A stretch of DNA of 64,000 nt from an uncultured Candidatus Saccharibacteria bacterium (GTDB taxonomy: Bacteria > Patescibacteriota > Andersenbacteria > UBA10190): NCBI GenBank assembly GCA_964359735.1, contig CAYHTZ010000006.1, positions 3,898 to 67,897 of the forward strand, given 5' to 3'. Shown here piece after piece: positions 27,578-36,772 of this stretch (position 1 is its first letter; every line of letters begins with the position of its first letter). Below the pieces are notes generated by a model, which saw only the letters and a list, made by a program, of their open reading frames with translations, was not told the DNA's origin and did no database searches. The position numbers were made by a program, and so were the translations under genes.

Positions 27578-28219
27578 GTGGGAAACGTACGCATGGCCCT
27601 GAAAATCAATGAGCGGTTTGGAAAATTAGCAGATGAGGAGACGTTGACGCGAACGGTTGCCGCATTCAGGAAAAATGGGATAATGGCAGAGATTGTAAAG
27701 AATGGGCTGGACGCCAAGGCCAGATTGTTTGAGCTTTTGCCGGAGGGGGCGGAAGTGATGAACATGACGTCCATGACGTTGGAAACAATCGGAGTAGTCA
27801 AAGAAGTGTTGGAAAGCGGGCGATATCGGGCGGTGCGCAATGAATTTAAAAAACTCGACCCGGAAAAAGATGCCGTAGTGAAACAGCGGCTAGGCGCGGC
27901 TCCGGAGTGGGCGATCGGCAGCGTGCATGCAGTGACGGAAGCCGGGCAAGTGCTGGTAGCGTCGAACACCGGCAGTCAGTTGGGGGCGTACGCGTACGGT
28001 GCTTTTCACGTCATTTGGGTAGTGGGCGCGCAGAAAGTGGTCAAGGATTTAGACGAAGGCTTTAAACGCATTGAAGAATATACTCTTCCCTTGGAAGATG
28101 CGCGGGCGCAGAAAGCGTATGGTACGGGCAGTAATATTAGTAAAATGTTGACTGTAAATAAGGAAGTGGCCCCGGAAAGAATTCACATGATTTTGGTTCA
28201 AGAGAAATTAGGATTCTAA
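27578..28219 (+). CDS. LUD-domain protein (LutC/YkgG family)
   Basis: Similarity pattern to lactate-utilisation protein C / DUF162. Confidence 0.65.
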   Translation: MGNVRMALKINERFGKLADEETLTRTVAAFRKNGIMAEIVKNGLDAKARLFELLPEGAEVMNMTSMTLETIGVVKEVLESGRYRAVRNEFKKLDPEKDAVVKQRLGAAPEWAIGSVHAVTEAGQVLVASNTGSQLGAYAYGAFHVIWVVGAQKVVKDLDEGFKRIEEYTLPLEDARAQKAYGTGSNISKMLTVNKEVAPERIHMILVQEKLGF

Positions 28220-28302
28220 ATACCCTCCACAAGAGGTGGAAAAGTTTTCTTGAAGGTGGGGGAAGTAACTGGCATTTTGAAGTTCATAAGGAGGTGATTC
28301 GT

Positions 28303-28995
28303 ATGAAGAAAACATGGATTGTGAGTTTTCTTTCGCTCTTCACGGTGATGGTGGTGACGCTGGCACTCAGCGTGAACTTTGTGGGAGCTGAAAGCGGCAG
28401 TAATGGGGATTTGGGTAATGGTGACGGCAACAGTGGGCCGGATCATGATAATGACGGCAAGAGTGATGCTACCGACCCAGATGATGATAACGACGGAATC
28501 GTAGACAAGAAAGAGAGCAGCAGCGGCAAACTGGACCATGATAACGACGGCATCAAAGATGCCAGTGACCCGGATGACGACAACGATGGCATTGCCGATA
28601 CGGAAGACACGATGCTGCTGGATGCTGACAACGATGGCATTCGCGATGATAAGGACAATGATGACGATGATGACGGTGTCAGCGATGCTAAAGAAAGTAA
28701 GCCAAAGGACCACGATAACGACGGCATCGTGGACCGGTTAGACCCAGATGATGATGAGGATGGTATTCCTGATTACATCGAGCGGGGCAATTACCTGCCT
28801 GACCACGACAACGACGGGATCAAGGACAAGAAAGACCCGGACGATGACGCCGATGGCATCTTGGACACAGCTGATGCCAAACTGTGGGACCAAGATAACG
28901 ACGGCATTGTAGACAAACTGGATACCGATGATGATGGCGACGGCACACCAGACGCCAACGACATCACGAAGATAAGCCGATCAGGGAAGGGGTGA
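28303..28995 (+). CDS. secreted calcium-binding protein with tandem thrombospondin type-3 (TSP3) repeats
   Basis: Signal peptide; more than 10 D.D.DG..D motifs (DHDNDGI.D..DPDDDNDGI.D); the same full SD as the gene at 15168. Confidence 0.8.
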   Translation: MKKTWIVSFLSLFTVMVVTLALSVNFVGAESGSNGDLGNGDGNSGPDHDNDGKSDATDPDDDNDGIVDKKESSSGKLDHDNDGIKDASDPDDDNDGIADTEDTMLLDADNDGIRDDKDNDDDDDGVSDAKESKPKDHDNDGIVDRLDPDDDEDGIPDYIERGNYLPDHDNDGIKDKKDPDDDADGILDTADAKLWDQDNDGIVDKLDTDDDGDGTPDANDITKISRSGKG

Positions 28996-29026
28996 CGAAA
29001 CGCCAGAGTTTGTATACTCTGGCGTC

Positions 29027-29803
29027 ATGGCAGATAATTGGCGCAAAAAGTATCTTTTTGACCCGAAAGGGGAGCGGCCGTTTCGCTTGAGCCGGTCTAA
29101 AGTGGATTTATTTCGGGAATGCCCGCGCTGCTTTTATTTTGACCGCAGGCTGGGGGTATCCCGGCCCAGCATGCCGGCGTTTTCGCTGAACAATGCGGTG
29201 GATATTTTAATGAAGAAAGAATTCGATATTCACCGCGCTAAGCAAGCAGCTCACCCTTTGATGGAGACATATGGTATTCATGCAGTGCCATTTGACCATG
29301 AAGATATGAATAGGTGGCGGGATGCCTTGCGCGGCGGGGTTACCTATGATGTACCGGGGACGAATTTTACCATCACGGGAGGGTTGGATGATATCTGGGT
29401 GGATGAAGAAGGAAAGTTAATCGTGGTGGATTACAAGGCGACGGCTACTGATAAAGAAATTTCTTTGGATGATAAGTGGAAGCAAAACTATAAGCGGCAA
29501 GTGGAGTTGTACCAGTGGCTCTTGAGGAAAAATGATTTTACCGTTTCCGACACGGCGTACTTCGTGTTCTGCAACGGCACCACCGACCGGGAAGCATTCG
29601 ATGGGAAACTTGAGTTCGACGTGCAGATCTTGCCGTACGAGGGTAGTGATGATTGGGTAGAAGGTACTGTTAAGAAAGCACACGCGTGCTTGATGAATAA
29701 TAAAGCTCCGGAATCCGGCGCCGAATGCGAATACTGTATGTATCGCGAAGCCTGGCAGACAGCGGAATCTCGTGTAGTGGGACAGGCTCTTGACAGCGGA
29801 TGA
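29027..29803 (+). CDS. Cas4/RecB-like PD-(D/E)xK nuclease with a probable Fe-S cluster
   Basis: VVDYKAT plus QVELYQW nuclease motifs; N-terminal CPRC plus C-terminal C.ACLM..ECEYC cysteines in the Cas4/AddB arrangement. Confidence 0.7.
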   Translation: MADNWRKKYLFDPKGERPFRLSRSKVDLFRECPRCFYFDRRLGVSRPSMPAFSLNNAVDILMKKEFDIHRAKQAAHPLMETYGIHAVPFDHEDMNRWRDALRGGVTYDVPGTNFTITGGLDDIWVDEEGKLIVVDYKATATDKEISLDDKWKQNYKRQVELYQWLLRKNDFTVSDTAYFVFCNGTTDREAFDGKLEFDVQILPYEGSDDWVEGTVKKAHACLMNNKAPESGAECEYCMYREAWQTAESRVVGQALDSG

Positions 29804-29826
29804 GTCCTTGTATAAGATCTTATGTC

Positions 29827-30864
29827 ATGCAAAGGATCATTTCCAGCATTTTCGCTGTTCTGGTAATGGCGTTGGCGGCGCCGACCGCCAGCGCTAATGG
29901 GGCAGACGGCGCTCTACGCATTCCTGCCGGCCAAGATCATTTTCGCGTCAGCGATGCCGGATTTGACCTTCAGCTGCCGCCCGATTTCTTCGGGCCCGGT
30001 TCAGAACCGTTTGACGGTACAATCATCTGCGGGGGACAAGAAGACTTTGGCACGGACACCATCATCGAGCGCAAGTCGGACATAATTCTGCCTCCGCCGC
30101 CTTCTTCTGATACTATTCCGATTGAGATCATAGAATTGCAGCTCGTAAGCTGCCAGCCGATTGTCGTCAATCACAATGACGGAAGCCAAGAGCAGTGGAA
30201 CGTTCAGATTGATCTTTCACCGATCATACCCCCGCCGGGGCAGATGACAATTGAGCGGATAGATAAAAATGGCGGAACCTTTGACGCCCAACTGCCTGTC
30301 CAGCCGCGCTTTATATTTATACAGGTTGGAGGTGAGGAAATCACGGAGCCGGGTACGATTGTGGGCGACAATCCGCTTGAGCATGGTTCGGATTCCATTG
30401 TTGAACAACAGCCCATCATCTGGGAGTCCGAGTTCAACTCTTTTGTTTTTAACGCTCAATCTGTCCCGTGGTCTTTGTGTTTGACGCCATCAGTTTTTTG
30501 TCCCGGTCCAATTGCTTTGGCCAGCGCTGACGGTTGGATGAATCTTGTTTTGCCTGTTTTTCCGGGCGATCCGGACGAGAAAGCGTGTGAGTTTCCCCTG
30601 CCCAACGGCGGGCTGGTGGTGCTCCCAACCCCCCACAACCCGAATCCAAGCTCTGATAAAGCGCAAAGCCCTGACCAATTGCGGCGCGCCGCCGACCGTC
30701 TGGAAGCCAAGGGATTTACAGCGGAGGCTGACCGTTTGCGCCTCATAGCGGAAGCGATAGAGACAATTCAGCAAACATGCAAAGGGTTGAACGATATACC
30801 GCCATTTGACGAAAATCATGCACCACCCGATCTGCCTCCTCTGGGACGAGGTCGCTCAAGATAA
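29827..30864 (+). CDS. secreted hypothetical protein
   Basis: Signal peptide MQRIISSIFAVLVMALAAPTASA. Confidence 0.5.
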   Translation: MQRIISSIFAVLVMALAAPTASANGADGALRIPAGQDHFRVSDAGFDLQLPPDFFGPGSEPFDGTIICGGQEDFGTDTIIERKSDIILPPPPSSDTIPIEIIELQLVSCQPIVVNHNDGSQEQWNVQIDLSPIIPPPGQMTIERIDKNGGTFDAQLPVQPRFIFIQVGGEEITEPGTIVGDNPLEHGSDSIVEQQPIIWESEFNSFVFNAQSVPWSLCLTPSVFCPGPIALASADGWMNLVLPVFPGDPDEKACEFPLPNGGLVVLPTPHNPNPSSDKAQSPDQLRRAADRLEAKGFTAEADRLRLIAEAIETIQQTCKGLNDIPPFDENHAPPDLPPLGRGRSR

Positions 30865-30865
30865 T

Positions 30866-30888
30866 GCAATTCCACCTACGAGGTGGAA
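30866..30888 (+). terminator. hairpin AATTCCACCT-ACG-AGGTGGAATT after the stop codon
   Basis: 10-bp perfect stem; weak T tract. Confidence 0.35.
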
Positions 30889-30968
30889 TTCTCGGCACCG
30901 GAATCTGGGGCGGAGAGTGTGAATACTGCGCTTATCGCGAGGCCTGGCAGGAGGCGGAAGCTCGATGA
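30880..30968 (+). pseudogene. 3'-terminal fragment of a paralogous Cas4-like nuclease gene
   Basis: ...GECEYCAYREAWQEAEAR* is about 80% identical at DNA level to 29690-29790 (ECEYCMYREAWQTAESR). Confidence 0.45.
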
Positions 30969-31083
30969 TTAGCGAGCGTACAGCTGTTGCCACTGGATGG
31001 CGCCGAGAAGCGCGGGTGGGGATTCCTTTTCTTCGCGCTCCACGCGGTTGACCCAATATGTCTGCTCGCCTGGGGGTAGGGGC

Positions 31084-32151
31084 CTATGGCTGCGGGGATT
31101 GATATTGATAGCTCTCAGGTGCAGGGGGTTGCGAGTCGTAAGGCTGATAGTTTTGGTACTGTGTGGAGTCGCTGGGGTATTGATATTGGGACGAATCAGG
31201 TGGCGGTGAGGATTGGTATTGCTGGTAGTGCTCGCTCTCTTCTTGGAAACGTCGGTAGTCGTCTGATTGCTGAAAACCAGGGCAGCGGTCGGGATTGTCT
31301 TGACAGTAGCGCTTACATTCCTCCTCGCTGTTGCAGGTGTATGATTCCTCCTGGTGAATATTAAGGTGGTAGGCGCCGGAGTTATCACTGTATTGCTGAC
31401 ACTGCGCAGGATTGGCTTCGCAGTAGGCGCGGCAGGTGGTGAAGGAATTGCAGGGAAGTTTGTCGCCTAGTTTTTGCGCAAACTCCTCGCGGCGCTGCTT
31501 GAATTCTTCTGGCGCATGCTTTTCGGCGAACTGCATACAGCGATCAATGTTTTGGGGGCTGTTACAGAAATTTTGGCAGCTCTCAAAGGAATCGCAGCCG
31601 AGTGCCTCGCGGGCGCGCTCAAGCATTTCGTCCTTGCGCTGGTGGTATTCAGCCGGAGCATGCACTTCCGCAAATTCCATACACCGTGATTGGTTCGCGG
31701 GATTTTCACAGAAGGCTTGGCACTCCTGCATGGAGCTGCAGCCGAGTTCCGCTTTGGCGCGTTCAAGCATGTTGGACTGCTGCCCAGCTTCGCCGAGGCC
31801 GCGCTGCTGTGCAAATGCCAGACAGGCCTGATGGTTAGCAGGTAGCTCACAGTAGGCGCGACATTCGTCAACCGAGCCGCAGTTGCCCAGCTCGGCGATG
31901 GGGAATGTGATGCCGTGCTTTTGGGCCAGTTCTTGATCGCTTTGGGAAGCTCTTACTTGTCCATGCAAAATGTATTTCTCGTACGACCAGCAGGCAGCTT
32001 TGTTCGCGGGAATTTCGCAGAAGAGGCGGCATTCTTTGGCATCGCGGCAGCTTCCCAGTTCAACGATAGGAAATGTAGTTGCTGCCTTCGCTGCGGCGCC
32101 CAAGGCGAGCAAGCTACAGGTTAGAAAAAGGATTTTGGTACGGTTGATCAT
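31084..32151 (-). CDS. secreted Cys-rich repeat protein (about 6 repeats LG.C.S..EC..FCE.PAN...C..FA) with Q/Y-rich tail
   Basis: Signal peptide MINRTKILFLTCSLLALGAAAKA; repeat periodicity. Confidence 0.65.
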   Translation of the reverse strand: MINRTKILFLTCSLLALGAAAKAATTFPIVELGSCRDAKECRLFCEIPANKAACWSYEKYILHGQVRASQSDQELAQKHGITFPIAELGNCGSVDECRAYCELPANHQACLAFAQQRGLGEAGQQSNMLERAKAELGCSSMQECQAFCENPANQSRCMEFAEVHAPAEYHQRKDEMLERAREALGCDSFESCQNFCNSPQNIDRCMQFAEKHAPEEFKQRREEFAQKLGDKLPCNSFTTCRAYCEANPAQCQQYSDNSGAYHLNIHQEESYTCNSEEECKRYCQDNPDRCPGFQQSDDYRRFQEESEHYQQYQSSPPPDSSQYQYPSDSTQYQNYQPYDSQPPAPESYQYQSPQP

Positions 32152-32356
32152 TGGTGCTTGCGTCCTGAAACGGGTTTTGATAGGTGGCGCTTTCCGAGAA
32201 GGGGTTAGCCACGTCAGGGTTGTCGAAGGGGTTTTCCGTAAGCGGAGTGGGTGAAGGGGAGAGGGAGCTTCCCCATGGTGCGTACGCCACCCATGCCCAG
32301 ATGCCAATGGCAGCCGCAGCGATCAGGATCGCAACCACAACCCAGGCCACTTTCAT
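32114..32356 (-). CDS. small membrane protein with NPF repeats
   Basis: TM segment plus repeated NPF; overlaps the downstream gene by about 37 nt. Confidence 0.35.
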   Translation of the reverse strand: MKVAWVVVAILIAAAAIGIWAWVAYAPWGSSLSPSPTPLTENPFDNPDVANPFSESATYQNPFQDASTNDQPYQNPFSNL

Positions 32357-32499
32357 GGGTAGAATTATATCACTTCTGCTTGACTAGGTTTACTTCTCGC
32401 TGTGCAAAAATTGCTCTTCTCCTTAAAAGGCGCATTTTGGGTATAGGGTACCGCCGGGCGATGATTTTTGAAGGTTTTCCGCTGGCGTATACTGGAGGG

Positions 32500-33201
32500 A
32501 TGTACTTCCGTCAGTTTGTTCATGAAGAAAAGAGCTGTCTTTCATACTTGATTGGCTGCCAAGCCTGCCGTGCGGCGATGGTGGTTGACCCGCAGATGGA
32601 AATAGAGCCGTACCTAAGAGAAGCCAGGCGCGAGGGGATGCAGATCACGCACGTGATTGATACGCACACACACGCGGATCACCTTTCGGGTGCCTCGGCA
32701 TTAGCGCGGGAGGTAGGAGTGCCGGTAGCTCAACTCAAGGATGGGGAAGTGTTCCAAGTGGGTAACCGGGTGGTGAAGGTAATAGCCACGCCGGGGCACA
32801 CTGATGACTCATTATGTTTGTATATTGATGATTGGTATGTCTTGACGGGCGATACATTATTTGTGAGCGATGTGGGGCGGGTGGATTTGGCTCTCGAAGA
32901 TACGGGCGAGGAAGAGATGCGCCGCGCTGCAGAGCGATTGTATGATTCAATTCAAAGGCTGCTTTTGTTACCCGATTGGACGGAAGTCTACCCGGGGCAT
33001 TTCGGCGGGTCGGCCTGTGGCAAGGGAATATCAGGCAAGATGATTTCGACAATTGGGCGTGAGAAACGCAGGAACAAGGCGCTTGCGCTTTCGCGTGAAG
33101 AGTTCGTCAGTTACGTTTTGACTGATACACCTTCGCCGCCCGAAGATTTTCGTGAGATTAAGCAGCGGAATATAGCCGCAGCGCAGTTGCCTGTGGTATA
33201 A
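32500..33201 (+). CDS. MBL-fold metallo-hydrolase
   Basis: HTHADH motif; canonical start MYFRQF. Confidence 0.8.
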   Translation: MYFRQFVHEEKSCLSYLIGCQACRAAMVVDPQMEIEPYLREARREGMQITHVIDTHTHADHLSGASALAREVGVPVAQLKDGEVFQVGNRVVKVIATPGHTDDSLCLYIDDWYVLTGDTLFVSDVGRVDLALEDTGEEEMRRAAERLYDSIQRLLLLPDWTEVYPGHFGGSACGKGISGKMISTIGREKRRNKALALSREEFVSYVLTDTPSPPEDFREIKQRNIAAAQLPVV

Positions 33202-33210
33202 AGATTACGA

Positions 33211-33762
33211 ATGCATCTTACGGTTGCAGAAAAGGGTTTTTGGGTTATTTCGGTTATTGCCATCCTGGGCGCAGGGTTGGCAGGCCTGCGCGTGAGATTG
33301 GAAAAAGAAAATGACCCGTGTTATGGGGGGCAGTATGGCACGACCTATGAGGAGTGCGTGGGGTGTATCGGGAATGAGAATTATTGTTCCTCCGTGTTTG
33401 GGGCACCGGGGGAGGAGATAGAGGAAGAAAAGCCGACCGCGACCCCGATTCCCGATGTCTACTGCAACAACTACGCTAACGACTACCAGACGTGTTTGGA
33501 TTGTATTAATCAAGCATACTGCGACCAGATCTTTCGGGGTCGCGCGCCAGCGGCTACTCCTTTGCCCAAGACCGCAACACCTACCCCGACATCGAAACCC
33601 AAAGCAACCCAGAAACCGCAGTCATCATCGCCAGCCGTGACAGCTACCCCCACCCCGACCCCGCCCCCCCCCCCCACCCGCCACGGCAACCAGTACACGC
33701 AAAACTACCAAACGTGCCTGGCGTGTATCAACCAGGCTTTTTGCGATCAACTTTTTGACTAG
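33211..33762 (+). CDS. membrane-anchored Cys-rich protein with repeated YQTCL.CINQA.CDQ.F motif
   Basis: TM segment; three repeats; contains a C12 homopolymer. Confidence 0.55.
   Translation: MHLTVAEKGFWVISVIAILGAGLAGLRVRLEKENDPCYGGQYGTTYEECVGCIGNENYCSSVFGAPGEEIEEEKPTATPIPDVYCNNYANDYQTCLDCINQAYCDQIFRGRAPAATPLPKTATPTPTSKPKATQKPQSSSPAVTATPTPTPPPPPTRHGNQYTQNYQTCLACINQAFCDQLFD
33664..33675. repeat. C12 homopolymer tract inside a CDS (encodes PPPP)
   Basis: ccgcccccccccccccaccc. Confidence 0.6.
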
Positions 33763-33765
33763 CCT

Positions 33766-35490
33766 ATGGACACACCTGAACCTGGGGAAACATCTTGGCT
33801 TCACACACTTTTCACTCAACATCGATCTAAAATTCTGATTGGTGCCGGCGGTATTCTGGTGCTTGCTCTTATTATTGTCTTGGCAACTCGTTTTTGGCCG
33901 GGCGAATTGTCAGATGAAGATATAGCTCGGGTTGAAGAGACATGCAGGGGGCCAAAGCAGCAGGCGCTGAGTGAATTAGAACAACAGGTGGCGTTGACCG
34001 CGACCGATGGAGAAGCGTTTGTGCGAGGTTTAGAGCAGCTGCCCTGGCTGGTGGCGATTCTCTCGCAGCGATCGACGGCCTATGAAGACGCTCAAGCCAC
34101 ACCGCCCAGCACACTGGCGGCGAACGCCAAAGCAGATGCCTTGAAGCGGCTGGATCTTTCGCTCGAACTTGTGCGGTGCTACGAAGGGCAGCTGAACCGG
34201 TTTCCGAAAGCTCGTGAAGCGGTAGCATCTGCCGTAGTTGATCTGCAAGCCGAGCGAGAGAACGTTGCGGCTGCCGATTTTGCGCAATTCTTCGCCACGG
34301 GGGAGCCGGCGGAAAGCGTCATTGAACTTGCACCGCGAGAGCAGCGGCGCCTTCGGCTGCGGACATTGTGCATTGATCGCTTTGCCCCACCCCCCGAAGC
34401 CGGCACGCGCTACATTTTGGGTGGCACGGTGGATGAGACCAAGCGGCGTTCGTTGTGTGATTTGTTACGGTCGGCGCAAGGCGGCGGCAGCCTGGCGTCT
34501 GCCCAAAATGCTATTTGGAAACTGGAGCAGGAGCATATGGATCTGTCGACTCCTCCCGTGGAAGCGGCCGCTGGCGCCACCGGCATGGTTTCCGCCCAGC
34601 GGGAGGGAAGCTTGCATGTGAGCGCGAAGGCGACCGGGGCTCTGACGGCTCTGGATGTTACGTTGACGAATGCTACGGATGCGCCGCTGTCTATTGACAC
34701 GTCCTGCGCGTACTTTGTACCGCTCTCAATTCCTGACCTTACCCAACCCCTTCCCACCGCCCCGCCCGATTGGTCTGACCCGGCCACGTTAGAAAAGTTT
34801 ACGGAGGACAGTAATCGACAATTGTTACAAACCTTAGATGAGCAGGAGAAAACTTTTGAGAAGCTTGGCATGCCGTTTCCGCCCCAGTTAAAGACGCAGC
34901 AAGAAGAGTTGCGGAAAAAACTTGGGGAGGCTGGCACAGGGGAAGTGAAGGGTATTTACAGCCGTGTGTACCTGCCTGGCAACCCCGATGCGGATCCGGA
35001 CAGTCTCGATCCCTTCCAAGTGGTGCAAACCGGCCTAGGCCGCCAGCCCTTGGGAGTGGTGGGCGCACTGCGGGGCGGCCCGCCTCCCGGGCGGCGGGAA
35101 ATTGATCGTATCAAGGATGCCTTGGAACGCATGGCAGAAGCGCCGGAGCGCGCCCGCGAGAATCTTGATAGAGCGCTGGATGACTATGCGCGCGACCCCT
35201 CCCGCCAACATACGGAAGATGTGCTTGACGCTCTCGAGCGTTGCTTTGTGAATGCGTGTGTGCCAAGTTCTGAAATGATACGTCTTTGGGAGCAAATTCG
35301 CACCCGGTCTGACCAAATGGTTGACCAGGCTATCAATCGAGTCATCGCATCCGTGACTGAACAAACGTTGCTTGACGCGGTAGACGCCATCCGCTTTTGC
35401 CAAGCGGTTGGCTGCAATGTTGAGAATGACGTCCGGCAGCTCGACACGCACTTGCGCAACCTGCTCCGCAATCAAGTCCGAGATAGATAG
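33766..35490 (+). CDS. large membrane-anchored hypothetical protein
   Basis: N-terminal TM segment; 3-nt gap from the upstream gene. Confidence 0.5.
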   Translation: MDTPEPGETSWLHTLFTQHRSKILIGAGGILVLALIIVLATRFWPGELSDEDIARVEETCRGPKQQALSELEQQVALTATDGEAFVRGLEQLPWLVAILSQRSTAYEDAQATPPSTLAANAKADALKRLDLSLELVRCYEGQLNRFPKAREAVASAVVDLQAERENVAAADFAQFFATGEPAESVIELAPREQRRLRLRTLCIDRFAPPPEAGTRYILGGTVDETKRRSLCDLLRSAQGGGSLASAQNAIWKLEQEHMDLSTPPVEAAAGATGMVSAQREGSLHVSAKATGALTALDVTLTNATDAPLSIDTSCAYFVPLSIPDLTQPLPTAPPDWSDPATLEKFTEDSNRQLLQTLDEQEKTFEKLGMPFPPQLKTQQEELRKKLGEAGTGEVKGIYSRVYLPGNPDADPDSLDPFQVVQTGLGRQPLGVVGALRGGPPPGRREIDRIKDALERMAEAPERARENLDRALDDYARDPSRQHTEDVLDALERCFVNACVPSSEMIRLWEQIRTRSDQMVDQAINRVIASVTEQTLLDAVDAIRFCQAVGCNVENDVRQLDTHLRNLLRNQVRDR

Positions 35491-35545
35491 TAACCCATAC
35501 GGCTGCAGATTCCACACCCCGTGTGGAATCGGTCTCATTTTTGTA
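35491..35545 (+). terminator. repeat-terminator copy 1: AACCCATACGGCTGCAGATTCCACAC-CCC-GTGTGGAATC then TTTTT
   Basis: 10-bp stem; near-identical copy at 36725-36770 with a complementary loop (GGG). Confidence 0.55.
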
Positions 35546-35569
35546 CCGAGCCTGTAGTACAATGCAGTT

Positions 35570-36706
35570 GTGCTCAATCGGAGTGGCTTTTCTATTCTCG
35601 TAGGTGTCGTTATTGCGGCGTTTCTGGTCTTCGTGAGCGTTATGGGAGTCTACGTACTGCGCATGGGCCCGAATGTCGAGTCGCCGAAGCTGTACGCGAA
35701 GGAAATTCAGCGCGATACCCCCATCGTTCTTACCGGTGACGAGCGCATGGAGATTGTCGATACAAGGTTCACTCAGAAAAACGACATTACGCTGTCTGGC
35801 AATGCAACACTCGTCATCCAAGATTCGTATTTCGAGCATCTCCAAGAGTACTCTTCTCAGTTCACCCTTTGGGCTCGAGAGAATGCTCGGGTGGTCGTCA
35901 AGGATAGCGAAGTAAGGGTTAGTCCGTGGCTTAACTGGAACTTTACGGACTCCGCTTCGCTGGCCTTGGAAAACGTCGAATCGATAGATTCCAATGTTTG
36001 GCATAGTTTCCAAAGCAATGCGCGGGCCGTCGTCCGCTCATCTGCGTTCCACGGCACCATAGCCGATAACGTTAGCTTGGCAGTATCCGACTCGCCAAGC
36101 ACATTTATCGAAATGGTGTACCCGATCGGCGCCACCGTAGACGAGGAGCTGCCGAAGCGCATCACGAATTTTACCTTTCCGAACTCCGGCGAAAACAACG
36201 TGAGTTTCAGATTATCAATCCAAAACTCTCAAGCCCTAGCCTGGGGCATCACGACAGGGCCAGGCAACAAGATAACGATTAGAAACGCCAAGCCACTCGT
36301 CGTCACGTACGCGATCAAGTACCCTTGGCGGGATGTGACAGCTGAGTTTTTGGACCTTGGGGATAAACACTACGACGACCAAACGTGGATAGTCGAGGAT
36401 TCCTGGCTTCGGCTGGTGAATGTCCAAACGTGGCCTTGGAGCCCCATCGTAGGCGACGGCAACACCCTCATTGTTAAGAATTCCACTCTGGCCGACAACC
36501 AGTTCAGCTGGGGCAACTCAAAGATAATTATAGAAGAAAGTACCACTTCCTTAATCAGGGCCAAAGATTCTGTCGATATAACGCTGAGAAATTCAACGGT
36601 GAAAGGTGATTTGGTAGCGCAAGATTCGGGCAGAATTACGTTGGTGAATACTCGGGTGACGGGCAAGAAAATCATCGAGGACAACGGGGAAATCATCGTG
36701 CAGTAG
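35570..36706 (+). CDS. membrane-anchored hypothetical protein, possibly right-handed beta-helix (repetitive N.S/T-rich)
   Basis: Lower GC than its neighbours; flanked by two copies of the same terminator repeat. Confidence 0.5.
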   Translation: MLNRSGFSILVGVVIAAFLVFVSVMGVYVLRMGPNVESPKLYAKEIQRDTPIVLTGDERMEIVDTRFTQKNDITLSGNATLVIQDSYFEHLQEYSSQFTLWARENARVVVKDSEVRVSPWLNWNFTDSASLALENVESIDSNVWHSFQSNARAVVRSSAFHGTIADNVSLAVSDSPSTFIEMVYPIGATVDEELPKRITNFTFPNSGENNVSFRLSIQNSQALAWGITTGPGNKITIRNAKPLVVTYAIKYPWRDVTAEFLDLGDKHYDDQTWIVEDSWLRLVNVQTWPWSPIVGDGNTLIVKNSTLADNQFSWGNSKIIIEESTTSLIRAKDSVDITLRNSTVKGDLVAQDSGRITLVNTRVTGKKIIEDNGEIIVQ

Positions 36707-36724
36707 GCGCACTACTCCATGGCA

Positions 36725-36770
36725 ACCCATAGGGCTGCAGATTCCACACGGGGTGTGGAATCTTTGTCTG
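36725..36770 (+). terminator. repeat-terminator copy 2: AACCCATAGGGCTGCAGATTCCACAC-GGG-GTGTGGAATC
   Basis: Between convergent genes. Confidence 0.5.
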
Positions 36771-36772
36771 TA

